A program made the translations under genes and the position numbers. This document shows positions 34,973 to 48,154 of a DNA stretch of 64,000 bases, piece by piece. Position 1 is the stretch's first letter. Each line of letters begins with the position of its first letter. The notes beneath the pieces were generated by a model that had not been told where the DNA came from, ran no database searches, and saw nothing but the letters and a program-made list of their open reading frames with translations. This stretch comes from an uncultured Acidobacteriota bacterium (GTDB taxonomy: Bacteria > Acidobacteriota > Thermoanaerobaculia > UBA5066), in the NCBI GenBank assembly GCA_903845115.1, contig CAIMWE010000041.1:5802-69801 (forward strand), given 5' to 3'.

Positions 34973-35798
34973 ATGCACAGGGAATTCCACCGACGGGAAG
35001 CGGGCGCCGATCTTCGCCGTCGCGAACCAGAAGGGCGGCGTCGGGAAAACCACGTCCGCCATCAGCCTGGCCGCGGCGCTCGCGATCCTGGAAAGAAAGG
35101 TCCTCCTCGTCGATTTCGATCCCCAGGGGAACACGACGGGCGGACTCGGGTGCGACAAGCAGGCCCTCGGATCGACCGTCTACGACTGGCTCCTGGGGGG
35201 GGCGCCGTTCCAGTCCGTGGTCCGCTCGACGGACCTCAAGTTCCTGAGTCTCCTTCCGGCGAATCGGGACCTGGTGGGGGCCGAGGTGGAGCTGGTGGGG
35301 GCCGATCGCCGCGAGTACCTCCTGCGGGACCTGGTGGAGGAGCGGAGGGACGAATACGACTTCATCGTCGTCGACTGCCCCCCTTCCCTCGGGCTCCTGA
35401 CCCTCAACGCCCTCACCGCGGCGCAGGGCGTGATCATCCCGATCCAGTGCGAGTACTTCGCGCTCGAGGGGGTCTCCGAGCTCCTCGCCACGATCGAGCG
35501 CGTCCGCGACCAGCTCAACCCGGCCCTCGCGGTCCGGGGGGTGATCGCCACGATGTGGGACGAACGGACCAACCTCTCACGGCAGGTCCTCGAGGAGCTC
35601 CGGAAATACTTCGGGCCGGTCCTCTTCCAGCAGGTCGTCCCCCGGAACGTCAGGCTCGGCGAAGCGCCCTCCTTCGGCAAGCCGATCTTCCTCTACGACC
35701 TGAAGTCGAAGGGAGCCGAGGCCTACCTGGCGATCGCCCGCGAGCTCCTCGCCCGTGAAGCGTCGGAGCCGGCGGCGGTGGCGGGAGGCGGCGAATGA
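34965..35798 (+). CDS. parA: Chromosome partitioning ATPase ParA/Soj
   Basis: ANQKGGVGKTT, DFDPQGN, DCPPSLG, QCEYFALEG, PRNVRLGEAPSFG. Confidence 0.96.
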   Translation: MKQCTGNSTDGKRAPIFAVANQKGGVGKTTSAISLAAALAILERKVLLVDFDPQGNTTGGLGCDKQALGSTVYDWLLGGAPFQSVVRSTDLKFLSLLPANRDLVGAEVELVGADRREYLLRDLVEERRDEYDFIVVDCPPSLGLLTLNALTAAQGVIIPIQCEYFALEGVSELLATIERVRDQLNPALAVRGVIATMWDERTNLSRQVLEELRKYFGPVLFQQVVPRNVRLGEAPSFGKPIFLYDLKSKGAEAYLAIARELLAREASEPAAVAGGGE

Positions 35799-36667
35799 TG
35801 AAGAAGCCGGTCCTCGGGCGCGGACTCGCGGCGCTGATCCCGTCCTCGCGTCCCGCGGACGCGGACAGGTCCGGGGCCCACGTCCAGATGGTCGAGCTGA
35901 GCCGCCTGGAGGCCAGCCAGAAGCAGCCGCGGAAGAGGTTCGACGACCAGGGGCTCGCCGAGCTCGCCCAGTCGATCAGCGAATCGGGAATCCTCCAGCC
36001 CATCCTGGTCACCCGGGCGGGCGAACGGTTCAGGATCCTGGCCGGCGAGCGGAGATTCCGGGCGGCGGCCCTCGCGGGTCTCCAGCGCATTCCAGTCCTG
36101 GTCAAGGATGGCATCGAGGATCGGGACGAGCTCCTGATCGCCCTGACCGAGAATCTCCAGCGGCGGGACCTGACTCCCCTGGAGGAAGCCGAGGCGTTCC
36201 GCCAGCTCAGGGACGACTTCGGCATGACACAGGAGGCGGTCGCCGAGAAAGTCGGAAAGGACCGGGCGACCGTGGCGAACACCCTCCGGCTCCTCAAGCT
36301 CCCGCAGGAGATCCGGACGGCGCTCGAGGAAGGCCTTCTCTCCGCGGGCCACGCCCGCGCCCTCCTGGCCCTGCCGTCGGCGGCGGATCAGGAGAAGGTC
36401 GCCCGCGAGGCGATCCGGGAAGGCCTGTCCGTCCGCCTGACCGAGGCGCGGGTGGCGGCCCTGATGCAGGACTCCCCTTCCGCGAAGAAGAAGCGGGAGC
36501 GCGCGGCCGATCCGGACACCAGGGACGCCGAGCGGCGGCTGGAGAGAGCCCTCTCCACGAAGGTCGAGATCCGGCGCCGGAAGAAGGGGGGGGAGGTCCG
36601 GATCGTCTTCTTCTCAGAGGAGCAGCTGATCGGCCTCTTCGAACGGCTCGTGAAGGAAGTCGGATGA
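35795..36667 (+). CDS. parB: Chromosome partitioning protein ParB/Spo0J
   Basis: LGRGLAALI, QPRKRF, AGERRFRA, ENLQRRDL, GKDRATVANTLRLL. Confidence 0.96.
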   Translation: MMKKPVLGRGLAALIPSSRPADADRSGAHVQMVELSRLEASQKQPRKRFDDQGLAELAQSISESGILQPILVTRAGERFRILAGERRFRAAALAGLQRIPVLVKDGIEDRDELLIALTENLQRRDLTPLEEAEAFRQLRDDFGMTQEAVAEKVGKDRATVANTLRLLKLPQEIRTALEEGLLSAGHARALLALPSAADQEKVAREAIREGLSVRLTEARVAALMQDSPSAKKKRERAADPDTRDAERRLERALSTKVEIRRRKKGGEVRIVFFSEEQLIGLFERLVKEVG

Positions 36668-37041
36668 AGGGAAAGTCGGGCGGGGTCCTGAACGGGTTCC
36701 TGGACAAGGGGGCGCGGATCGAGGGGACGCTCGTCTTCGACGACATGTTCCGGATCGACGGGCTCTTCAAGGGAGCCGTCTCCTCCGATCACGAGCTCGT
36801 CGTCGGCGAGGGGGGGACCGTCGAAGGGGAGATCCGGGTCGGCCGCCTCTCGGCCTCCGGGATCGTGAGGGGCACGGTCCACGCGAGCGAGAAGATCGAG
36901 ATCCACGCTGGGGCCCACATCTATGCCGAGCTTCACTCCCCGGTCCTCGTCGTCGAGGAGGGGGCGGTGATCCAGGGACCGGTCGAAACCGGACCGCATA
37001 TCGAGGGGAAGCAGGCCGAAGCCGACCGCAAGAAAAATTAA
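36664..37041 (+). CDS. Bactofilin (polymer-forming cytoskeletal protein)
   Basis: GARIEGTLVFDDMFRIDG..LVVGEGGTVEGEI..LVVEEGAVIQG; ATGA overlap with parB. Confidence 0.88.
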   Translation: MKGKSGGVLNGFLDKGARIEGTLVFDDMFRIDGLFKGAVSSDHELVVGEGGTVEGEIRVGRLSASGIVRGTVHASEKIEIHAGAHIYAELHSPVLVVEEGAVIQGPVETGPHIEGKQAEADRKKN

Positions 37042-37058
37042 TCAGTCGATTACTGCGA

Positions 37059-37087
37059 TTGACCCATCCTCCTGAGTGTGGCATAAA
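37059..37087 (+). promoter_or_regulatory. Candidate sigma70 promoter for atp operon
   Basis: TTGACC-N17-CATAAA with TG upstream of the -10. Confidence 0.4.
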
Positions 37088-37185
37088 CCGCCGGCCGCGG
37101 CGTTCTCGATCCCGGACCAGGAATCCGACCCTTCTTCGCGTCCTTCCCTCGCGGGCTCGGTACGTCAAGGCGTCCGGAAAAAGCG

Positions 37186-37614
37186 ATGCAACTGCCTGAC
37201 CTCTCCCTCCTCGTCATCATGGTCGTCTTCTGGGCGACCTATGCCGTCCTCCGCGTTTTCGTCTTCACGCCGCTCGGGAAGATCCTCCGGGACCGTGAAG
37301 ACTCGGCGGCCGCCTCGGCCTCCGCTCTCGACGCAGCCGTGGCGCGCGAGAAGGAGACCCTCGCCGCGGTCGACCAGAAGCTGACGGGCGCTCGCCGCGC
37401 GGCGATGTCGGCGCGCGAGGCCGGCCGGCAGGAGGCCTCGGCCCGGCGCCAGGCGATCCTCGACGAAGCGCGGGACAGGGCCAGGGCCGCCGCCGACGAG
37501 TACCAGCGGAAGCTCGAGGCGGAGGCGGCCGGGGCGCGCGAGGAGCTGCGGCGCGGCGCGTCCGCGATCGCCGCCGAGATCGCGGAGCTCGCGCTCGGCC
37601 GCAGGGTCGCGTGA
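37186..37614 (+). CDS. ATP synthase F0 subunit b'
   Basis: N-terminal TM (FVFTPLGKILRDRE) plus coiled coil; first of two b-type genes. Confidence 0.85.
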   Translation: MQLPDLSLLVIMVVFWATYAVLRVFVFTPLGKILRDREDSAAASASALDAAVAREKETLAAVDQKLTGARRAAMSAREAGRQEASARRQAILDEARDRARAAADEYQRKLEAEAAGAREELRRGASAIAAEIAELALGRRVA

Positions 37615-38213
37615 CCTCGATGACGATGCCGATGCCGCCGCTCCCGACCCTCCGCGCGCTCGCCCTCCCGCTCTCGTCGGAGGCCGGCGGCCACGACGCC
37701 GCCCAGCTCTTCCTGGGCCTGCCGATCACCCTGTGGCAGACGGTGAACCTCGTCGCCTTCCTCGGGCTGCTCGTCTGGTTCCTCCGGAAGCCGGTCGCGA
37801 CCTTCTTCGGCGACCGCCGGAGGGAGATCGGGGAGAGCCTCCGGAAAGCCGAGGAGAGCCGGCAGCGGGCCGAGCAGCTCGCCGCCGAGATGGAAGCGCG
37901 CCTGGGCAAGCTGGACCAGGAGCTCGAGGCGATCCACGAGCACGCGAAGAAGGAAGCCGCCGCCGAGCAGGCGGAGCTCCTCCGCCAGGCGGAGGAGGAT
38001 TCCCGGAAGATCGTCGAGCGCGCCCGCGCCGACATGGACACTCGCGTGCGCCACGCTCGCAAGGAGCTCACGACCTACGCCGGGGACCTCGCCGTGGAGA
38101 TCGCGCGCGACGTCCTCTCGAAGAACGTGACCCAGCAGGACGAGGATCGGCTCCTCCGCGAAGGCCTCTCGGCGCTCGCCGGCGAATCCCCGAAGTCCCC
38201 GCGGGCCTCCTGA
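37611..38213 (+). CDS. atpF: ATP synthase F0 subunit b
   Basis: WQTVNLVAFLGLLVWFLRKPV..RRREI, coiled coil. Confidence 0.88.
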   Translation: MTSMTMPMPPLPTLRALALPLSSEAGGHDAAQLFLGLPITLWQTVNLVAFLGLLVWFLRKPVATFFGDRRREIGESLRKAEESRQRAEQLAAEMEARLGKLDQELEAIHEHAKKEAAAEQAELLRQAEEDSRKIVERARADMDTRVRHARKELTTYAGDLAVEIARDVLSKNVTQQDEDRLLREGLSALAGESPKSPRAS

Positions 38214-38238
38214 CCGGACGAAACGAAGAGCGAAGACG

Positions 38239-38796
38239 ATGGCAGCCACCTTCACGAGACCGTACGTCGAAGCCACCCGCGAGACCGCCGGCTCCCTGGA
38301 AGCGTTCGCGGCCCTCGTGCCCGGGCTCGAGCGCCTCTCCGCGGCCCTCTCGGGAAGCGAGGAGCTGCGGACGCTCCTCCGGAACCCGGCCGTCCCGCGG
38401 GAGCAGAAGCGGGCGATCCTCGACTCCGTCACCACGCGGGTCTCCCTGGACGTCGTGGGGGCGAGGCTGGCGCAGGTCCTCCTCGCGAACCGGCGGATCG
38501 GCCGCCTCGCGGAGATCGTCACCGCGTTCCGGGACCAGGTCAACCGCGAGAGCCGGATCGTCGAAGCCTCGCTCACGACCGCCCGCCCGCTCTCCGAGGC
38601 CGCCCACCGGGACCTCGCGAACGCGCTCGAGGTGCGGACCGGCCGTACGATCCGGCTGAAGACGGCCGTCGAGCCCGCCCTCCTCGGCGGCTTCGTCGTC
38701 CGGCTCGGAAGCGAAGTCTACGACGCCTCTCTGGCGCACCGCCTGGAGAAAGCCAAGAACGCCCTGCACGCCGCCACCGGCAACCTCGCGAAGTAG
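38239..38796 (+). CDS. atpH: ATP synthase F1 delta
   Basis: RPY, NPAV..K, NRRI, EPALLGGFVVRLGSEVYDASL. Confidence 0.93.
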   Translation: MAATFTRPYVEATRETAGSLEAFAALVPGLERLSAALSGSEELRTLLRNPAVPREQKRAILDSVTTRVSLDVVGARLAQVLLANRRIGRLAEIVTAFRDQVNRESRIVEASLTTARPLSEAAHRDLANALEVRTGRTIRLKTAVEPALLGGFVVRLGSEVYDASLAHRLEKAKNALHAATGNLAK

Positions 38797-38829
38797 CGGG
38801 ACCGGGGCGACGGCGAGAAAGCACGAACG

Positions 38830-40362
<1,533 letters not shown>

Positions 40363-40393
40363 GGCCGGACCGGGAAGAAGGAGCCGAGGCGGC

Positions 40394-42801
<2,408 letters not shown>

Positions 42802-42805
42802 CCCG

Positions 42806-43234
42806 ATGGAAGGAGGCCGTCCCGTTCTGACCGTCACCGTCGTGACGCCGGAAGCGGCGGTCGTCGACCGCGTGACGTGCGACAGCGTCACGCTCCCCAC
42901 CGAGGGGGGGGAGATCGGGGTCCTCCCGGGCCACACGCCGCTCCTGACCCTCCTCGGCATCGGGCGCGTCACCTGCGTCGACGGAAGCCGATCGGTGGCC
43001 GTGGCCGTCCGGGAGGGCTTCGTCGAGATCGCCGGCGACCAGGTCCGCATTCTGGCGAACCAGGCGGCGACGCCCGAGGCGGTCGACGTCGCCGCGGTGA
43101 CTCGTGAGCGGGGGGCGGCCGAGGCCGCGCGGATGCAGGTCGTGGGCGACCAGCAGCTCGACGCGGTCAACGCCGACGCCGCCTATGCCGAAGCGCGGCT
43201 CGCCCTCGCGTCGGCAGGCGGCTCGAAGCACTGA
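42806..43234 (+). CDS. atpC: ATP synthase F1 epsilon
   Basis: VVTPE, GEIGVLPGHTP, GFVEI. Confidence 0.95.
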   Translation: MEGGRPVLTVTVVTPEAAVVDRVTCDSVTLPTEGGEIGVLPGHTPLLTLLGIGRVTCVDGSRSVAVAVREGFVEIAGDQVRILANQAATPEAVDVAAVTRERGAAEAARMQVVGDQQLDAVNADAAYAEARLALASAGGSKH

Positions 43235-43301
43235 CCCCGGGGGTCCCCGGCGCCACCGGCCCGGCGGATCCCCCGGATGCGCTTATCATCCCTCCACCCA
43301 G

Positions 43302-44771
43302 GTGACGACGACCGCCTCCCCCGACACGGTCCCGCCCGACCTCGCCTCGATCCGGGCGCGTGCCGGGGAAGTGCTCGCGAGGGCGGCCGGGGCCGGCAGC
43401 CGGGCCCGGGCGGTGATCACCACCGGCCAGCAGGTGGGGCTCTTCACCGGCCCGCTCCTCACGGCGGTCAAGAGCGCGGCCCTCCTCGACCTCCGCCGGG
43501 CGCTCGGGGGGGAGGGAGTCGACGCCGACGCGATCTTCTGGTGCGCCTCCGAGGACCACGACCTCGTCGAGGTGACGCGGATCCTCCTTCCCGGGCCGGA
43601 CGGGCCGAGGGACCTCGGGCCGGATCCGGCGCCGCTGGCCGCGAACCGGCATCCGGTCGGGCCGCTGCAGCCCCAGGTGGACTTCGGCCGGATCGCGGAC
43701 GAGGCGGTGGGAAGGGAAGAAGGAGCCCCGTTCGGGCCCGACGCCCGGCAGTTCGCCGCGCTCGGGCAAGGGAGGAGCTACTACGAAGGTTTCGTCGCGT
43801 CGCTCTCGTGGCTGCTCGGGGACCCTCCCCTCGTCTTCGCCGACGCGGCGGCCCTCGGGGACAAGCCCGCCCTCGTGCCGCTCGCGGTCCGCCTCGTCCG
43901 GGAGCGGGAGACGGTCCGCCGGCTCCTCGGCGAGCAGGCCAGGGAGCTGGAGGCGAGGGGCCTGCCGCTGCAGGTGACGGCGGAGCCGTCCGCCCTTCCC
44001 CTCTTCGCGATCGTCGGATCGACCCGGCACCTCCTCCGGGAGGACGGCGGCGCCTTCTCGCTGAAGGGGGACGAGTCCCGGACCTGGAAGGAAGACGAGG
44101 TGACGGACCGCTTCGAGTCAGGCGAGTGGAAGCCCTCCTTTTCGGCCCTGACGCGCCCCCTGGCGACCTCGTGGCTGCACCCGGTGGCAGCCACGGTCCT
44201 CGGACCGGCGGAGGTTGCCTACTGGCGGCAGATGCTCCCCCTGTTCGGCTGGGCCGGTCTCGTCCCCCCGTGCATCGTCCCGAGGCCGTCGGTGGTCCTC
44301 CTGGGCCGGACCGACCGGAAGCTGGCCGAGCGGATCGGCCTGCCGCTCGAGGAATTCCTCGCCTCGCCGCTGGAGGCTCGCCGGGCGCGCGCGGCGGCCC
44401 GGCACGCGGAGCTGCTGGCCCGCCTCGCCCCCGTCGAGAGCGGCGCCAGGGAAGCTCTCGAGTCGCTGCGCCCCGCGTTCGTCGGCCTGGACGCCTCTCT
44501 CGGGAAGGGTCTCGACGCCACCACGCAGAACATCTCCTTCGCCATCGGGAAGCTCCGGGAGCGGGTCCTCGCGGCCGCGGCGCGCGCGGACGAGGCGTTC
44601 GGCCGGGACGTCGACCGGCTGGCCGCCTCCCTTCTCCCCGGCGGGAAGCTGGCGGAAAGGGTTTACTCTCCCCTCGTCTACCTCCCGAGACACGGGAGGG
44701 AGCGGCTCGCGGAGAGGCTCCTGGGGCAGGTCCGCTGGAGCGAGCCGGGGCCACAGGTCATCGAGATATGA
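43302..44771 (+). CDS. bshC: Bacillithiol cysteine-adding enzyme BshC
   Basis: TTGQQVGLFTGP, FWCASEDHD, SALTRP, GPAEVAYW, ERVYS; adjacent to bshB1/bshA; GTG start inferred. Confidence 0.85.
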   Translation: MTTTASPDTVPPDLASIRARAGEVLARAAGAGSRARAVITTGQQVGLFTGPLLTAVKSAALLDLRRALGGEGVDADAIFWCASEDHDLVEVTRILLPGPDGPRDLGPDPAPLAANRHPVGPLQPQVDFGRIADEAVGREEGAPFGPDARQFAALGQGRSYYEGFVASLSWLLGDPPLVFADAAALGDKPALVPLAVRLVRERETVRRLLGEQARELEARGLPLQVTAEPSALPLFAIVGSTRHLLREDGGAFSLKGDESRTWKEDEVTDRFESGEWKPSFSALTRPLATSWLHPVAATVLGPAEVAYWRQMLPLFGWAGLVPPCIVPRPSVVLLGRTDRKLAERIGLPLEEFLASPLEARRARAAARHAELLARLAPVESGAREALESLRPAFVGLDASLGKGLDATTQNISFAIGKLRERVLAAAARADEAFGRDVDRLAASLLPGGKLAERVYSPLVYLPRHGRERLAERLLGQVRWSEPGPQVIEI

Positions 44772-45517
44772 AGAAGACGGAAGCCGCGGTCGACGTCCTT
44801 GCCGTGGGAGCGCACCCCGACGACGTGGAGCTGGGGTGCGGCGGCACGCTCGCCTCCCTCGCCGCCCGCGGAAGGAGCTTCGGGATCCTCGACCTGACGC
44901 GCGGCGAGAGCGGAACCCGGGGAACGCCCCAGATCCGCGCCTCCGAGGCGGCGGCCGCCGCGAAGGTCCTGGGAGCCCGCTTCCGGCAGGGCCTCGACCT
45001 GGGCGACGGCGGGCTCCGGACCGACCGGGACGCGGAGCTGCAGGTGATCGAGGTGGTCCGGCGGTTCCGGCCGAGGATCGTCATCGCTCCGTTCCCGGCC
45101 GACCGCCACCCGGACCACGTCCGCGCGAGCCGGCTCGCGACCGAAGCCTCGTTCTACGCGGGGCTCCGGGCCCTGAAGGGCGGCGCGGCGCACCGGCCCC
45201 AGTCGGTCATCTACTACGCGTCGAGCTACACGCAGCAGCCGTCGTTCTTCGTCGACGTGACGGACTTCTTCGAGACCAAGATGAAGGCGATCCGCTGCTT
45301 CTCGAGCCAGTTCTACGACCCGTCGTCGACCGAGCCCGAGACGGTCCTCACCCAGAAGACCTTTCTCGATGCGATCGAAGCGCGGGCCAGGGCCTACGGG
45401 AAGCTGATCAACGTGACCTACGCCGAGGCCTTCGTCTCCCCTCGGCCGCCGACCCTCGCGGACCCGGTCGCCGCGTTCGCAGGGTACGAACCGGGCTTCG
45501 ACGGGCCGCTGCGGTGA
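44768..45517 (+). CDS. bshB1: N-acetylglucosaminyl-malate deacetylase BshB1
   Basis: GAHPDDVELGCGG, DLTRGESGTRG, DRHPDH, YAEAF. Confidence 0.9.
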   Translation: MKKTEAAVDVLAVGAHPDDVELGCGGTLASLAARGRSFGILDLTRGESGTRGTPQIRASEAAAAAKVLGARFRQGLDLGDGGLRTDRDAELQVIEVVRRFRPRIVIAPFPADRHPDHVRASRLATEASFYAGLRALKGGAAHRPQSVIYYASSYTQQPSFFVDVTDFFETKMKAIRCFSSQFYDPSSTEPETVLTQKTFLDAIEARARAYGKLINVTYAEAFVSPRPPTLADPVAAFAGYEPGFDGPLR

Positions 45518-45533
45518 TCCGGCGCTGGGCCCG

Positions 45534-46655
45534 ATGAAGATCGGCATCACCTGCTACCCGACGTTCGGAGGCTCGGGAGTGGTCGCGACGGAGCTGGGGC
45601 ACGAGCTCGCGAAACGGGGCCACGAGGTCCACTTCATCTCGTACGCGCTTCCGTCCCGGCTCAACGTCTTCGCCGAGCGCGTGACGTACCACGAGGTCTC
45701 CGTCCCGTCGTACCCCCTGTTCCAGTACGCGCCGTACGACCTCGCGCTCGCCACGAGGATGACCGACGTGGCCCTGCACGAGAAGCTGGACCTCATCCAC
45801 GTCCACTACGCGCTCCCCCACGCGATCTCGGCGCACCTGGCCCGCGAGATGCTGGCGCCCCACCCGCTCAAGGTGGTGACGACGCTCCACGGGACCGACA
45901 TCACCATCGTGGGGCAGGACCGCTCCTACCTCCCGATCACCCGGTTCGGGATCGAGAAGTCCGATGCCGTGACCGCCGTGTCGGAGTACCTCCGCGACGT
46001 CACGCTCAAGGTCTTCACGCCCAAGAAGGAGATCGACGTCGTCCCCAACTTCGTCGATCCCGAGCGCTGGGCGCCGGGGCGGGAATCGGCCGTGGCCAGC
46101 TGCTTCACGCACGGAGGCCACCGGATGATCCTGCACGTCTCGAACTTCCGGCCGGTCAAGCGGATCCCGGACGTGATCGAGGTCTTCGACCGGATCCGGA
46201 AGCGGACGCCGGCCCGCCTCGTGATGATCGGGGACGGGCCGGATCGGCCGGCGGCCGAGGAGCTCTGCCGGGAACGGGGAATCTCGTCCCTCGCCCATTT
46301 CCTCGGGAACACCCCGGCGGTGGAGGAGATCATCCCGGCGGCGAGCCTCTACGTCCTCACCTCGGATTCCGAGTCGTTCGGCCTCTCGGCCCTCGAGGCC
46401 CAGGCCTGCGGCGTCCCGGTGCTCGGCTATCGCGCCGGCGGCCTGCCCGAGGTGGTCGTCCACGGGGAGACGGGGTTCCTCCGGGAGGTCGGAGACGTGG
46501 ACGGGCTGGCCGACGACGGGGCGGCGGTCCTCCTGGATCCGGTCAGGGGGAAGGCGGTCGCGGCGGCCGCCCGCAAGCGGGCGGTCGAGCTCTTCAACGC
46601 CGAGGCGGCGGTGCAGAAGTACCTGGCGGTCTACGACCGGGTCCTGGCTGCCTGA
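45534..46655 (+). CDS. bshA: N-acetyl-alpha-D-glucosaminyl L-malate synthase BshA
   Basis: MKIGITCYPTFGGSGVVATELG, HVHYALPHA, TTLHGTDIT, HVSNFRPVKR, ESFGLSALEA. Confidence 0.95.
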   Translation: MKIGITCYPTFGGSGVVATELGHELAKRGHEVHFISYALPSRLNVFAERVTYHEVSVPSYPLFQYAPYDLALATRMTDVALHEKLDLIHVHYALPHAISAHLAREMLAPHPLKVVTTLHGTDITIVGQDRSYLPITRFGIEKSDAVTAVSEYLRDVTLKVFTPKKEIDVVPNFVDPERWAPGRESAVASCFTHGGHRMILHVSNFRPVKRIPDVIEVFDRIRKRTPARLVMIGDGPDRPAAEELCRERGISSLAHFLGNTPAVEEIIPAASLYVLTSDSESFGLSALEAQACGVPVLGYRAGGLPEVVVHGETGFLREVGDVDGLADDGAAVLLDPVRGKAVAAAARKRAVELFNAEAAVQKYLAVYDRVLAA

Positions 46656-47635
46656 CGACCGGGGCGGAGCGCCCCGCGAAAACCGTTCGAGAGGAGGGCC
46701 TCCAGCTCCCGCGCCGTCGCGCCGAGCCGCGCCACGGCGAGGAACTCCTTCCGGAGGGTCGTCCGGAAGAGCCCGGGGTCGTCGGTCGAGAGCGAGACGC
46801 GAACCCCGGCGCGGAGAAGCTCCAGGACCGGGTGCCGCTCCCCGGGGAGCAGGGCGCGGGTCGCCGAATTCGACGTCGGGCAGATGTCCAGCGGAGTCCG
46901 GAGCCGGACCAGGGCCGCCACGACCGACGGGTCCTCGGCGGCGCGGAAGCCGTGCGCGATCCGGGCCGGTCCCAGGTCGTCGAGCGCGGCCGCCACCGAC
47001 TCGGCCCCCCCCCACTCGCCCGCGTGAACGAGCGGGGCGAGGGAGAGCCGCCGGACCCGGTCGAAGACCCCCCGGAATTCCCCCGCCGGCACGGACGACT
47101 CGTCTCCGCCGAGGCCGAAGCCGGCGACGCGCGGCCAGGGAGAGCCTTCGTGCAGTTCGAGGACCCGGTTCGCCGCCTCGGGCCCCCACTGCCGGACGGA
47201 GTCGAGAAGGACGACGATCCGGCGCCCGGACGCCCTCTCGAACCCAAGGAAGACAGGCTCGATCGCCGACCGGACCGCCGCCCAGTCGAGCCCGATCCTC
47301 TCGATCACGGCGGGCGACACGTAGACCTCGGCGTAGGTGATGTTCTCCCGCGAGAGGCGCCGGACCAGGTCGCGGGCGACGGCCGCGTAGTCGGCCGGGG
47401 CCTTCAGGCACCGGCAGACGTCGCGGTAGAGGGCGAGGAAGTCCCGGAAGTCGCCGGCTCCCTGCCTCGCCCGGACCGAGGCGAGGTCGGGGAACAGCGG
47501 TTCGCGGAAGCGCCGGGCCAGCCGCACCAGGGTCGACGGCGCGATCGCCCCTTCCAGGTGGAGATGGAGCTCGGCCTTGGGCCGCGCCCCGAAGGCCCGG
47601 AAGAACGAGCGGACGCCGGGAGAGAATGGGGGCAC
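46631..47635 (-). CDS. add: Adenosine/adenine deaminase family amidohydrolase
   Basis: PKAELHLHLEG, VHAGEWG, RIAHG, ICPTSN, LSTDDPG; start uncertain. Confidence 0.85.
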   Translation of the reverse strand: MPPFSPGVRSFFRAFGARPKAELHLHLEGAIAPSTLVRLARRFREPLFPDLASVRARQGAGDFRDFLALYRDVCRCLKAPADYAAVARDLVRRLSRENITYAEVYVSPAVIERIGLDWAAVRSAIEPVFLGFERASGRRIVVLLDSVRQWGPEAANRVLELHEGSPWPRVAGFGLGGDESSVPAGEFRGVFDRVRRLSLAPLVHAGEWGGAESVAAALDDLGPARIAHGFRAAEDPSVVAALVRLRTPLDICPTSNSATRALLPGERHPVLELLRAGVRVSLSTDDPGLFRTTLRKEFLAVARLGATARELEALLSNGFRGALRPGRQAARTRS

Positions 47636-48100
47636 GTGGACGGATCGTACGCAAAGAGGAGGGACCCGGTCGAGCGGAGCGGCCGGGGACCGATCCTGGT
47701 CGGGGAACGGAGCTGGAAGAGGGGAGCGGCTCTCGGGCTGGACCTGCTGCTGCTGGGGGGAGGCCCCCTCTTCCTCTCGACCGCGGCCGTCTTCGGGGCC
47801 CTGCTCGCCTACGCGGAGCCGTCGCCGTTCCTCCCCTGGGTCTTCCGGGGTGCCCAGGCCCTCTTCCTCGTGACGTTCCTCCTCCGGGACAGCCTGGACG
47901 TCAGCCCCGGGAAGCGCCTCTTCGGCCTTCGCGTCGTCCGGCTCGACGGGGGACGGGTCACCCCCCTCGATTCGTTCGTCCGGAACCTCCCGCTCGTCCT
48001 CCCCCCCTGGAACTTCCTGGAGTGCGTTCCCGCCCTGACGAGAGAGGACGGGCGGCGCTCGGGAGACCGGATGGCCGGAACGAGAGTGGTGGAGGAGTAG
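47636..48100 (+). CDS. RDD-family membrane protein
   Basis: KRGAALGLD, SPGKRLFGLRVV, FVRN, RRSGDRMAGTRVV; start uncertain. Confidence 0.75.
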   Translation: MDGSYAKRRDPVERSGRGPILVGERSWKRGAALGLDLLLLGGGPLFLSTAAVFGALLAYAEPSPFLPWVFRGAQALFLVTFLLRDSLDVSPGKRLFGLRVVRLDGGRVTPLDSFVRNLPLVLPPWNFLECVPALTREDGRRSGDRMAGTRVVEE

Positions 48101-48154
48101 GGCCGGACGAAACCTTTCTCCCCGTTCTTCCGTTCCTGAGGGGGAGAAGAGGAA

